Below are positions 53,200-64,000 of a stretch of DNA of 64,000 bases, in pieces. The notes under the pieces were generated by a model. It was not told where the DNA came from. It ran no database searches and saw only the letters and a program-made list of their open reading frames with translations. Every line of letters starts with the position of its first letter. Positions within the stretch are counted from its first letter, which is position 1. A program made the translations under genes and the position numbers. Source of the stretch: Isurus oxyrinchus (taxonomy: Eukaryota); assembly GCA_026770705.1 (NCBI GenBank), contig JANJGN010000007.1, positions 63,240,001 to 63,304,000 on the forward strand. The letters are read 5' to 3'.

Positions 53200-54290
53200 T
53201 AACAGTATTAACAGTACAATTTTGGTCCTCTTCCTAATCATGCTCAAGGCCCTACTCCTAAGCTGGCTCCACATATTGCCTGCAAAGTAAAGATATCCAA
53301 AATGCAGTACACCATGATCATCGTAATAATGTCATACAGTCCCAATTTGCATACATTCATGACGCTCCTCCCTAATTCAGTTGGGAATAATCCTAACTTT
53401 TGTTTACATTCCTGCAGTGCACAAACTTCCCAATTATCGTTCTCTCCTTTGTCAGTCCTCTAATCAAATTTCTGCCTATACTGCAATATTCTTCATTTTA
53501 ATACCATTTTCCTTTTTGTATCAAGGCTCCAATTAAATTTTATTAAACACCTTTCGACAAACTATATACACATTTACTGTTTCCTTTTGTCATACACTTT
53601 CTATACATAAAACCCTATTAAATTCATCAGCCATGAATTGCCTTTTCAAAATCCCATGCTGGCTGTTCCAAATTAACCCATCATATTCTCAGTCAGTGTT
53701 AACCTTATTCCACATTATGGCCTGTAGAAGTTGATCCAGTATCAATGCCAGGCTGACAGGTTTATAGCTTCCTGGTTTATCCCCTTTTCTAGTCTTGAAC
53801 AGAGACATTACATTGGCAACTCTGCAGTCCTCTGGCACAATTACCGTATCAAAAAATATTTAAAAGATTATAGCCCAAGCCTCTTCTATTTATTCTTTGA
53901 CTTCATTCACCATCCTAAGATCTAAGCCACAACAGCCTGGTACCTTTCACACTTTGAGTTCCAACAATCCTTTCCATACTATTTCCTTAGTTCCCTAATG
54001 AATTTCTCTACCACCCATTCCTCATGTACATCCTCATTTCCACTACCACATACCATCTGTGAAAGCTCAAAAATAATATTCATTTAGTATCTGTCCTTCC
54101 TTAATCTGCTGCAAAATCTGATTTTTCATCTATAATTCATCCTATACATTTTTGAACTATTATTTTGCATTATGGTGTTCATAAAAATAATTTAGTATTT
54201 CTCTTGACTTTACTTCCCAGTCTTTCAGTTAAACTTCATCATTATCTTTTTGCTTCCTCCTGTATTTTCTCTGCTCGATTTAATTTGTTT
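53200..54290 (-). mobile_element. Old CR1 ORF2 fragment
   Basis: Minus-strand motifs corresponding to ANVMSLFK..KGDKPGSYKPVSL, QHGILK and FVERC. Confidence 0.6.
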
Positions 54291-54317
54291 TGCATTAGGT
54301 GGAGTGAGAGTTCTTAC

Positions 54318-54568
54318 AGGAGAATTCCAAATCAACACCACAGTCTCCAGCTGTAAACAAGCCTCTGGACAATGTCTGAATTTGTTTTTCTGACTTCGCT
54401 TGTTACTTGGCCAAGTTTTTGTGCATGCCTGAAGGGATTGTGTGAATTGTCTTTTGCATTTCTGGGTAGTTGGGCATATTCGTTCTGCTGAGCTCTGCAG
54501 TTAGCTTTGCAAAAACAATATCTCGCTGTCTGCCTCACCATTGAAGTATATTCAGTGACATGAAGTTG
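54318..54568 (-). pseudogene. 251-nt pseudo-exon, phase 2-1
   Basis: AG at 54570-54569, donor GTAAGA; NFMSLNILQW*GRQRDIVFAKLTAELSRTNMPNYPEMQKTIHTIPSGMHKNLAK*QAKSEKQIQTLSRGLFTAGDCGVDLEFS. Confidence 0.7.
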
Positions 54569-55649
54569 CTGTATTTGTATGATAGATATGAACTAAACTC
54601 ACAACAGAGCTAAAACTTGTCCATTTGCCAAACTGCATTTGGCACTCAAAATTAACTGTACAAATGTGCAATTTCATTCTGTCAGATCTTAATTGTTGAA
54701 GAATTTTAAAATATATGATTTAAGATATAAATTTTCTTTATTTTTTTGGTGGAAGCAGAGATGATAAATAATTTTAAAGGGAAATTTTATGAGTACTTGA
54801 GGGAAATAAACTTTCGGAGCTACAGGGATAGAGCAGGGAATGGGACTGATTGAAAGTCATCATGGAATTGATGGATGGAATGGCCTCCTTCTGTGCTGTA
54901 ATGACTCATGATGCTCAAAATTCAATCTTTCTGTCCTTTGTTTATTTCTCTTGCTGTACCTGATTTGGCATTGAATTAATCAACGCTAATTTACACTTCA
55001 TTCTCCATCTTTATGCCGCTAATTTCATTTTCCTTTAACTTGATTGGTTAAGAAAACATGCAGTTGCTTACCCTGTTCACTCAGGTTGCAGATGCCCGAT
55101 TTTCTCATTGCATGGTATTCAGTTCGTTATCAGCTCACGGAATAAAATATCGTAACTATTAAAGGGACAAGGGCAAGTCCAACCAACAATGGACATGAGT
55201 CATTGCCCCGGTACTGCAAATTTTGGCCAGGTATTAAACTCCAAATATTCTCCCTCTTCAGTCTACTAGAAAGACAACTCCATCAGCTAAAAGGATTGAT
55301 AAGGTAGTAAAATGATATACATACATAATGGATGAATTTTTGGTCATTCCTTTTTCTACTATTTCACATCTAATTGCTCCAAGTTCTTCTCTAGCACCCT
55401 CTTATCCTATCAACCACATTATTTTTCTTGATTTACTAATTTTTTTCCTGAACCATTAAAAATGCTTACACAACTTTTTTAAAAACCACAAACTCAAGTA
55501 GGAAAAGATACTGCACGTTGATTGAGTACCAAATAATCTGTTATTATGTTGAATTATTTCAGAATATTACACCTCATTAAGAATTGAAAATACTTCTACA
55601 CAAACACAAAATGCATATTGACCAAGTTTAAAGATCTGAAAGCACTTAC

Positions 55650-55903
55650 TGGGTCCAATAAGCACAATCTATTTTTTTTACTCCCGGAGGAAGAGAGTTG
55701 GTTAAATTAGGTATTTCTGTGTAAGCAGGGTTGTTAATTTATGAATATTATGCTGATATTCTAATCCCACATTTAAGATTACTTAAAATGTAATATCAGT
55801 TTAAGTTGGACAAGGTTTAAAATCAATTACGACTTGAAAGTGAATTTTTGGTCTCCGCCTATCATTTAATGATCTTTGTTGAAATCTTTACCAAAATAAA
55901 AAC
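55650..55903 (-). pseudogene. Pseudo-exon
   Basis: Acceptor aatttcctcatAG, donor GTAAGT; FYFGKDFNKDH*MIGGDQKFTFKS*LILNL.../VILNVGLEYQHNIHKLTTLLTQKYL...IVLIGP. Confidence 0.5.
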
Positions 55904-56185
55904 CTATGAGGAAATTGCAGAAGCATTAACAATAATGAAGCGTGAAACAATGGACTGGCAATTGAGTCAGGTTTCCACTCTGCTCGAAAGTTCTTACTTT
56001 AAAATCCAGGTGATCCTATCCCGCCCGACCTTCCAACTCATGCCAGGCAAGACATGGGCAGTGCAGTGCGTCCTCTGGGCCTAACATCAAAGAGCTGTAG
56101 AGCCAAAAGTAAAAAAGCTATGCCCCATTGTTTATGGAAACTAGGTACGTTTAAAGGCCTTTGACAAGGTAAGTGTGTAAGTTAA

Positions 56186-56470
56186 ATGGGTAGGACTGGG
56201 GGGATGGTTTGGGTCGAGTGGGGCTGGGCCTTGGGAGGGGAGTCAGATTGGGTCAGGCCTCAGGGGTGTGGGATTGGTCAGGCCTTGGGGGAGGGGTATG
56301 CTCAGGTCGAGTCAGGCCTCAAAGGATGGGGGCCAGGCTTCGGTGGTGGTGGGTGGGGGGGGGGGGGGGGGGGGGGGGTGTGTGTGGGGGGAGGAGATCG
56401 GGCCAGATCAGGTGTAGTCCCTTGGGTGTGGGTGGAGTTGGGGATGTTGTGGGAGGTCCCTGGGGGTTCA
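56186..56470 (+). repeat. G-rich low-complexity tract with a poly-G run (about 56355-56378) inside a MITE-like remnant
   Basis: Repeated GGTCAGGCCT units and a G homopolymer. Confidence 0.7.
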
Positions 56471-56749
56471 GCATTGTGGGCCTATGCAATTGTTACCCAG
56501 AAATTAGAAGAGATTTTAATCCTTCTAACTTTTCCTGGGTAACTATTAATATAACAGTCACAACCATCTGAAGTTTCCGACTTTTCAATTGCAGGGCAAT
56601 TGCCCAGGGGAAGTTTGCACTTCTAGGCAATTGCCATGCAAACCTTACCTGTGAACTTCTGCTGTTGTGGGTTGGTTCCCCAGTGCATCTTTGAAGTGCT
56701 CCCCTGACATCCCCAATACAGCACCCCGGAGCTCAGAAGTTATGACCCA

Positions 56750-59050
56750 TTGGGAAAATTTCTTCTGTCGAAAATCTTTGGAATTCTCTACCCGAGAAAA
56801 TACTGGAGGCTGGATCATTGAATATATTCAAGGCTGAGTTAGTCAGATTTTTGACTTACATGGGAGTCAAAGGCGGGTAGGCAGGAATGTGGAGCTGAGG
56901 CGCTGCTCAGATCAGCCATGATCTCATTGAATGGTGGAGCAGGTTCAAAAGGTCGAATGGCCCCCTCCTGCACCTATTTCATATGTTGTTATGTTTCTGT
57001 GATATTGAAACATCAACCATCCACTGGATACTTGGCTGTATGAATATACTGAATATTCTCTATCTTAAATGGGAGACAAATTATTTGGAAACTGTGTCCA
57101 TTAGTTTTAAATTCCTTCACATCGGGAAACATACTCTCAGCATCCACCCTGTCAAGCCCCTCCGGACTCATGTATGTTTCAATAAGACACCTCTCATTCT
57201 TCTAAACCCTAATGAGCGTATGTCTAACTTGCTCAAACTTTCCTCATAAGACAACCCCTTCATACAGGAATCAACCCGTGAATCTTCTCTGAATTGCTTC
57301 CAATGCAGGTAAGTCTCTCCTGCACCAGTGGTCTCACTAGCACCCTGTACAGCTGTAATAGGATTTCCTTATTCTTATATTCCATCTCCTTTACAAGAAA
57401 AGTCAACATTCCATTTGTCTTCCTACTTTGCTGCTACAGGGGAGATAGTGACATGGTGGTAATCTCACTGGACTAGTAATCCAGAAACCAAGGGTAAAGA
57501 TCTGGGCACATGGTTTCCACTCCCACTATGGCAGCTGGTGAAACCTAAGTTCATTTAATAAATCTAGAATTGAAAGCAAATCTCAGCACTGGTGATCATG
57601 GAACTATCACTGATTGTTGTAAAAAACCCATCTGATTCATTAATGTCCTCTACGGAAGGAAATCTGCCATCCTTACTCTGTCTGATACATGTGACTCTAG
57701 ACCCACAGCAATGTGGTTGACTCTTAACTGCCCTCTAAAATGACCTCACAAGCCACACAGTTCATGAGCAATTAGGGATGGGCAACAAATGCTGGCCTTG
57801 CCAGCAACATCCACATCCCATGGAAGAATAAATTAAAAACAAGAACTAGCATGTAAACTTTTTGTGAATAATGTACAACAACACACAGATCCCTGTGTAC
57901 CACAGCATTCTCTCTCCATTTAAATACTAGTTTGTTTTTCTATTCTTCCTACCAAAGTGGATACCCTCATATTTTCCCACATTTTAATCAATCTGCAAAA
58001 TTTTGCCCACTTGCTTAACCTATCTACATCCTTTTGCAGACTCTATGTCCTCTTACAACTTGCTTTCCTATCTATTTTTGTATTGCCAGCAAATTTGGCT
58101 ACAGTACATTCTGTCCCCTCATCCAAATCATTAATATAGGTGGTATGGGCTCCAACACTGATACTTTCAACTCCACCAGTTACTATTTGTCAACCCGAAA
58201 ATGACCCATTTATCCCAACTCTATTTCCTGTTAGTTATCCAATCCTCTCTCCGTGTTAATATGTCATCCCTCAACTCCATCCACCCTGTTTGTTACATCC
58301 TCAAAGAACTATAATAAATTTGTCAAACGCCATTTCCCTTTCATGGAACCATGGCAATTGAATCATCTTCTTGATTGTATTATGATTTTCTAAATTTCCT
58401 GCTATTTCTTATTTAATGATAAATTCCCAGGATTTTCCAAATGATAGATGTGAAGCTAACTGGCCTAGAGTTCTCTGCTTTCTGTCTCCCACCTTTGTTG
58501 AATAGAGTGTTTATGTGGCACCATATCAAATTTCTTTTGGAAAGCCAAATAGGCTACATCTAGTGGTTCCCCTTTATCTACTTTGCTTGTTATATCCTCA
58601 AAGAGTTCTAATAAATTTGTGAAACACAATTTCCCTTTTATAAAACCATATTAATTGCTTGATTGTATTATGGTTTTCTCAATGTCCTGCTACTAATTCC
58701 TTAATAACGCATTCCAGCATTTTCCCAATGACTGACCTATAGATTCCTGCTTTCTGTCTCCCTGCTTTCTTGAATAGGGGCAATATATTTGTAGTTTTCC
58801 AATCCGCTGGGGCCTTTGAAGAATTCATGGAATTTTGGAAGAGTGCATCCAATGCATCCAATATATCTGCAGCCACTTTTTTTAAAACCATAGAATGCAG
58901 GCCATCCGGAAAGTGGACCTGTCATCCTTTAGACCCTTTAGGTTTCCTAGTCCTTTTTCTCCAGTGATAATGATGGTTTTAAGTTCCTCCCACCCTTTTG
59001 CAACTTAATTTTCTACTATTTTTGGAACACTTTTTGTGCTTTCCATCATG
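56750..59050. mobile_element. CR1 cluster: 3' end (+, 56750-56990) and overlapping minus-strand RT fragments (57050-59050)
   Basis: LWNSLPEK motif; VLKKVAADILDAL...PADWKTTNILPLFKK; the same RT segment occurs twice (about 58285-58505 and 58575-58780). Confidence 0.85.
57439..57839 (+). mobile_element. Full-length tRNA-derived SINE inserted in CR1
   Basis: CTGGACTAGTAATCCAG head and body as in 33300-33625, joined directly to the LINE tail GCAATTAGGGATGGGCAACAAATGCTGGCC...CACATCCCATG. Confidence 0.9.
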
Positions 59051-59570
59051 AATGAAACATCAAGACCTAGAATATGCAGCCTGGAGGAACACACTTGTAC
59101 CTACTGGCTCCACATTCAGGTAAGTATTTCTTTTAAAAACGGATTGTTTTTGAAGGCAGCCTACAGAAATTCCTTTAAGGGCTGGTGCTAAGGCTGTAGG
59201 TAGACTTGGCTTTCCTGAACACAGATAGTCCAGGGCTGACTGCGTTCTGGGAAATCCAATTTGGCAGATGAGGTATCAAGCAAACATTAAGCCTATTATC
59301 TGAAAATCCAAAGGGCCTAATCTGTATCGGGCATGAGTCCTAAACATCTCTTTTGATGCCTATATTAATATTGTGAGCAGCAAATCCAGCATATATTAAA
59401 TGCTCTAGCACCTTTTTATGTCAATAAAACAGGCATGGTATCATCAATCTTCGAGGCCCAGAGGTTTCCAATATTGTAAGTGAAACTGAAGACACAGTAC
59501 TAATGCTGGGCTGCTGGATGACACTAATATACTGTACACAAGCAGTATGCAAGGGAAGACACATTCTAAC

Positions 59571-60374
59571 CTCTTCAATCAATATTAAATTCCAAAAACT
59601 TGGACAATAGAATTTAATTGAAATCGTAATTACAAAATCATATGCTGTCTCTGCACCTTGAATATCAGTACTTAACCAACATTCTTGCCTGACAGTTAAA
59701 ACACAACAAAACTGTAAGCGTGGGTCTGTGTCAGAAAAAAGTGAAAGTTCTTGAAAAATTTTGGCTTTGTTTCAACTCTGTATCAAATCTTGCTGACAGA
59801 AAGTTAATTTAACTTATTTTTAGGATTTGTATTTTAAACCTCTGGCAGTATTGACATCATTACTCAATCAGAAGATACTGACATGTTCTAAGTTGGTAAG
59901 CAGTGTGTACAGAGGGAGCATTGTGCTGTAAGCAGACAATGTAATTCCCACTTACATGCTGCCAATACTTCATGAGTGGGTGCAGCACAAAGATCCAGGA
60001 GTGATGTGAGGTGAGTAATACTTTCACTGTTTTAGAAATTCTGTCATCTGCAATTATATTGTTGGTGAATTGTGCTTATTTCAGTGCATATTTACGGATT
60101 TGACACTCAGCATCAACATCAAACTCTCCCAGGTCAAGATTAGCATAATCAGATATGCTTTCACCATTTCTTCAAAAACATGCTCAGTACAAAGTTCCAA
60201 AGACCATTCCTCACAAACATATAATTGAGGAATTAAATGGCATTTTGGTTCAGTTGCTCCACCTTCACCAAATGTTCGGTCGATCACCACATTAGAATAC
60301 TATTGGCTTCAGAGACAATTGGATCTCATACAATGCCCTCAGGGTTCAAATAAATCACTGAAACTGTCCAATAC
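59571..60374 (-). pseudogene. Pseudo-exon (3' boundary uncertain)
   Basis: Acceptor ttttgcctgtaattAG, phase 1: GIGQFQ*FI*TLRALYEIQLSLKPIVF*CGDRPNIW; ESISDYANLDLGEFDVDAECQIRKYALK; LLDLCAAPTHEVLAACKWELHCLL; KAKIFQELSLFSDTDPRLQF. Confidence 0.7.
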
Positions 60375-61118
60375 CTAATTACAGGCAAAAGTCTAGCTCA
60401 CAGTTGTTAAATGTGCATGTTGCCCCACACAAACTGACACTTGAAGGTTTGTGTCTAGCATGTACTTACAGTGTGCATCCCAAGTTTCATAAGAAAGCAT
60501 GATCTAACTGATGGTGTTGATTTTGTACCTTCCTCACACTTATCCAGTTGGTATAATATGGGCAAAGACAATACCGTGAGAGCAGTTTTATACTGTATTC
60601 CTGCCCCCACTAATTGTTGGATTCAGACTCCACAAATTCATTATTTTTAATAAATTTGCCAGACAGAAGAAAATTTCAACTCTTCAATTTGGAAGTGATT
60701 CAAACAAGCAATTTCCAAGAGCTAAAGATTAGTATGCTAAAAAAAAAATCTTTTTTCCATTCTGTCTGTGTTTAAAATATCAACATTAGAAAAGAAACAC
60801 AAGTGAATTTTATCCAATACAATATCCTACAATAAACCCAAGGACTGAGCCATTGTAAATGTGTATCTCTGTTGTCGAAGCTGTTGAATAGTGCAAAGGG
60901 AATAGGAAATTAAGGCCTGAACTGTCACAATGATAGAGGGGGGTCTCCAGCTTAGCCAAAACAGCATCTGAGCCCTGATTCCAAAAGTTTAGCTCCTGAA
61001 CTCGGCACCCGTCAATTTTCACCGGGGGGATGCCGGGGTTGGGGATGGGAACCAGGGCAGATGCTGCTTGCACATTTGTGGTTCATGGAGGCAGTTGTAC
61101 ATTTACAAGTGTAGCTAC

Positions 61119-61573
61119 CTTTAAACAGATCCAATTTTTGTCAGTGGAATGTCCAAAACATGAATTGTGGGCTTTAAGCTTTTCAAGAGGTCTAAACTTC
61201 CAAGAGTTCTTTGAAGAAGTAGGGTACCCTTTTGGATGGTTCCAGGGACACTTTTGGAGAGATCAAAAGCCCTTTGGGATTGTTAAAATTAAACATGAAT
61301 GTGCGCAAATGGGCATAAACTCATTAGAACTGTCAAGGCATTTAAATCTGGCCTTTAAATTAATGAAATGTCTGTTTTTTAATAAAAATCAGTGCTTGCT
61401 GGTTCACTCTGTCTGCTGGGATAATTCTGTAGCCCATCATTTTAGGATTTGCGCTACATCATTGATTTCACAACTATAATTATCATAGCGGGGTGTCCGT
61501 CAGTTCACAGTTTGATTGACAGCTCTAAGTGGTTATAAAGTCTTTGATGTGGGACTACCAGTACATATGCTTG
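61119..61573 (-). pseudogene. Pseudo-exon (first visible)
   Basis: QAYVLVVPHQRLYNHLELSIKL*/RYDNYSCEINDVAQIL/MMGYRIIPADRVNQQALIFIK/...VYAHLRTFMFNFNNPKGLLISPKVSLEPSKRVPYFFKELL/SLDLLKSLKPTIHVLDIPLTK/LDLFK; donor AAG/GTAGCT. Confidence 0.7.
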
Positions 61574-61677
61574 CTTTAATAAGAGATTAAGTCATTGAAG
61601 GAATTTAAATGTAGTGATTTTTTGTTAATCAATGAGAATGTTTTTCTTTAAATAGTGAAGTTATTAATAAACACTTA

Positions 61678-62951
61678 GGACAGAATTCACCCAGATTTTC
61701 ACAAAGTACCATACCCGGCAGGTAAAACGATGTTTTACCAGTCAGCCACAATGGTGGCTTCTCACATCGTATCATGCCAAACTCACTGTGTTAATTATGC
61801 ATTCCCAAGAAACATGACATTTTAATGGCAGGCAGGCTCCGATTCGCCCGTCATACAGTCACCTCGCCGCTTCATCAAGCTGGGCACCATATTTAAAGTG
61901 TAGCCACACACACATCTCTCAGTGCTTCCAACCCAAGACAGCTGCAAATAAGACATGGCCCCGAAAGGCAAGAAGACTGCTGTCCCCAGGTTTATGATGC
62001 ATCCCATGAGTGCCCTTTGGACACTGTGGAGACCTACCGTGATGTCCTCTACCCCCACTCTGGACGCAGGAAGGGCAGCAACATTACCACTCTGACTTGG
62101 TAGGCGATGGCAGTGGTGATCAGTGCCAATGCTGCACAGAACAGGTTGGGCATCCAACATAGATAGAGGATGGATGATTTCATCTGTGCTGCCAGGGTAA
62201 GGCACTCTAAACTCTCACACTCAAGCCCATCACACATTCATTGGCATCTCACTCACTGTCAGCTCAAGGGACATCACCACTTGCTTTTTCACATGCACCC
62301 TCACATCTCCATCTGGCCTCACCTGCTCTGGACACTGCCTCCTCAGCCCCAAGCATCCTGAGGCTACTTTCATAGATCAACTTGTGCCCCCACACAAACC
62401 CTGGGATACCCCCCCCCTTCCCCAGTACAGCCCTTGCCCTAATCCTCTGCCCTTTCCTGAGGCCATTTCTCCAGCTTTCCCAAGTAAGCCCTAGTCCTTT
62501 AGCCACACAAAGCCACCCCCTGCCTTATGGCTAGTCTGGTAGGTAGAGACCTGCACGTGAGCCCCACTAAAAGTGCTATTGGTGCTGTCTGCGAAGCCTG
62601 GCACAGATGACTGTGAGTGCTGCCAAAGCAAGGTAGGCAAATAAACCTCGAAGTCCCAAGCTCGCTAGATGCACATCACTTATGTGCAGTTGTGAAACAT
62701 GGAAGCGTGATGCGGACGAAGCAGCATGGAGGGATGAGTCTAGTGGGCTGGCCTTATAATGTTATGCAAATGTATTTTAATGAGGTTCCCGATGTCTGAT
62801 GGCAGGAAACAAGGCCCACCATCAGTGGGCTGAGCAGACAAATGCTAATTGGTTTCACAACCTTGTGAAACTGATTTTTAGCCTTCTCATCATATTGTCC
62901 ACTCACACCACTGAGCACACCCGACGTCAGCAGGCATGGAAAATTCCGCCC
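61678..62951 (+). mobile_element. Harbinger deletion derivative 4 (Myb exon 1 only), TSD TTA
   Basis: TTA|GGACAGAATT...AATTCCGCCC|TTA; ATG 61955 MAPKGKKTAVPRF; donor GTAAGG near 62197. Confidence 0.9.
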
Positions 62952-63094
62952 TTAGAACTTTATTTTGTTTCATCTCAATATGGTACCCAAGGTCTGCCCA
63001 TGGTGGATACTAGGTGAATTGGCATGGAGGCTGTTAGGACAAATCATGGTGGTTGGGGGGCATGGGTTGGCATGGGGCTATAAAGGGCCATGGG

Positions 63095-64000
63095 CATACA
63101 AACATAGGTATGAGGAGGAGGAGTAGGCCATTCAGCCCCTCGAGTCTGCTCTGTCATTCAATAAGATCATGACTGATCTGATTGTGGCCTCAATTCCACT
63201 TTCTGCCTACCCCTGATAACCTTGGCTCCCTTGTCAGTCAAGTATCTATCTACTTCTGCCTTAAAAATATTCAATGGCTCTGCCTCCACAACAGAGTTCC
63301 AAAGGATCGCGACCCTCAGAGAAAAGAAAATCTTCTCATCTTTGTCTTAACTGAGGGACCCATTATTTTTAAACTGTGCTCCCTCATTCTAGGCTCTCCC
63401 ACAAGGGGAAACATCCTTTAAGCACCTACCTTGTCAAGTCTCCTCAGGATCTTTTATGTTTCAATAAGATCAACTCTCATTCTTCAAAATGGCAATGGAT
63501 ACAGGCTCATATGATAACCCTTCCCATCCTAGGGATCAGTCGAGTAACCCTTCTCTGAATTGTTTAGAACACATATATATCCTTGCTTAAATAAGACCAA
63601 AGCTGTAAGCAGTACTCCAGATGTGGTCTCACCAATGCCTTGTATAACTGTAGCAAAACATCCCTACTTTTATATTCCATTTCCCTTGCAATAAACATCA
63701 ACATTCAATTTGCCTTTCCATTAACTTGCTGTATTTGCATATTAACTTTTTGTGATTCAGGACACAAACATCCCTCTATAACTTAGAGCTCTGCAATCTC
63801 TCTCAATGTATAATATGTTCCTTCTCTATTCTTTCTGCCAAAATCAACAAGTTCACATTTTCCCACATTAAACTTCATAGAACCATAGAAAAGTTACAGC
63901 ACAGAAGGAGGCCATTTGGCTCATCTTGTCCATGCCAGCCCGAGGACACCCAGGTGCCTTTTCTAATCCCACCTTCCTGCACCCGGCCCATAGTCCTGCA
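63095..64000 (-). mobile_element. CR1 3' fragments (63095-63875, and a second tail from 63876)
   Basis: GAGTAGGCCATTCAGCCCCTCGAG...GATCATG and CATAGAACCATAGAA...ACAGCACAGAAGGAGGCCATT CR1-type tails. Confidence 0.85.

Larger units (their letters stand above)
1..61573 (-). pseudogene. Large multi-exon unprocessed pseudogene of unknown family; extends beyond both window ends
   Basis: About 18 minus-strand segments bounded by polypyrimidine-AG and GT donors translate to protein-like text with scattered stops and frameshifts. Several consecutive pairs have matching phases (61119/60374 phase 1; 54318/52018 phase 1; 13686/13365 phase 2; 5568/5441 phase 2; 5187/4043 phase 2; 3982/421 phase 1). Confidence 0.8.

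Noticed and set aside
56355-56378. Long poly-G run as a functional element
   Set aside because: Lies in a G-rich repeat remnant, and homopolymer length is unreliable in assemblies.
61030-61479. 149-aa plus-strand ORF
   Set aside because: Antisense shadow of the minus-strand pseudo-exon, which has the splice signals and the phase match.
1-61573. Stop-codon recoding or selenoprotein explanation for the in-frame stops
   Set aside because: All three stop types occur, together with frameshifts and TE insertions inside exons; ordinary decay explains it.

Overview
Eukaryotic, repeat-rich DNA; the repeat families point to a cartilaginous fish (shark-like), which is an inference. I found no intact gene. 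Most of the window is transposable elements: CR1 and L2 LINE fragments, a CR1-group LINE with a tRNA-derived head and its matching SINE, Deu-domain SINEs, a decayed Gypsy LTR retrotransposon, four solo LTRs, at least seven two-gene (Myb/SANT plus DDE transposase) Harbinger derivatives, and MITEs, often nested. The AT-rich gaps between repeats hold about 18 minus-strand pseudo-exons with GT-AG boundaries and often matching intron phases. Together they form a very large dead spliced gene (roughly 2,400 codons visible, running off both window ends) that I do not recognise; it may contain a degenerate STAND/NACHT-like NTPase core. All translations and alignments were done by eye, and many boundaries are approximate.
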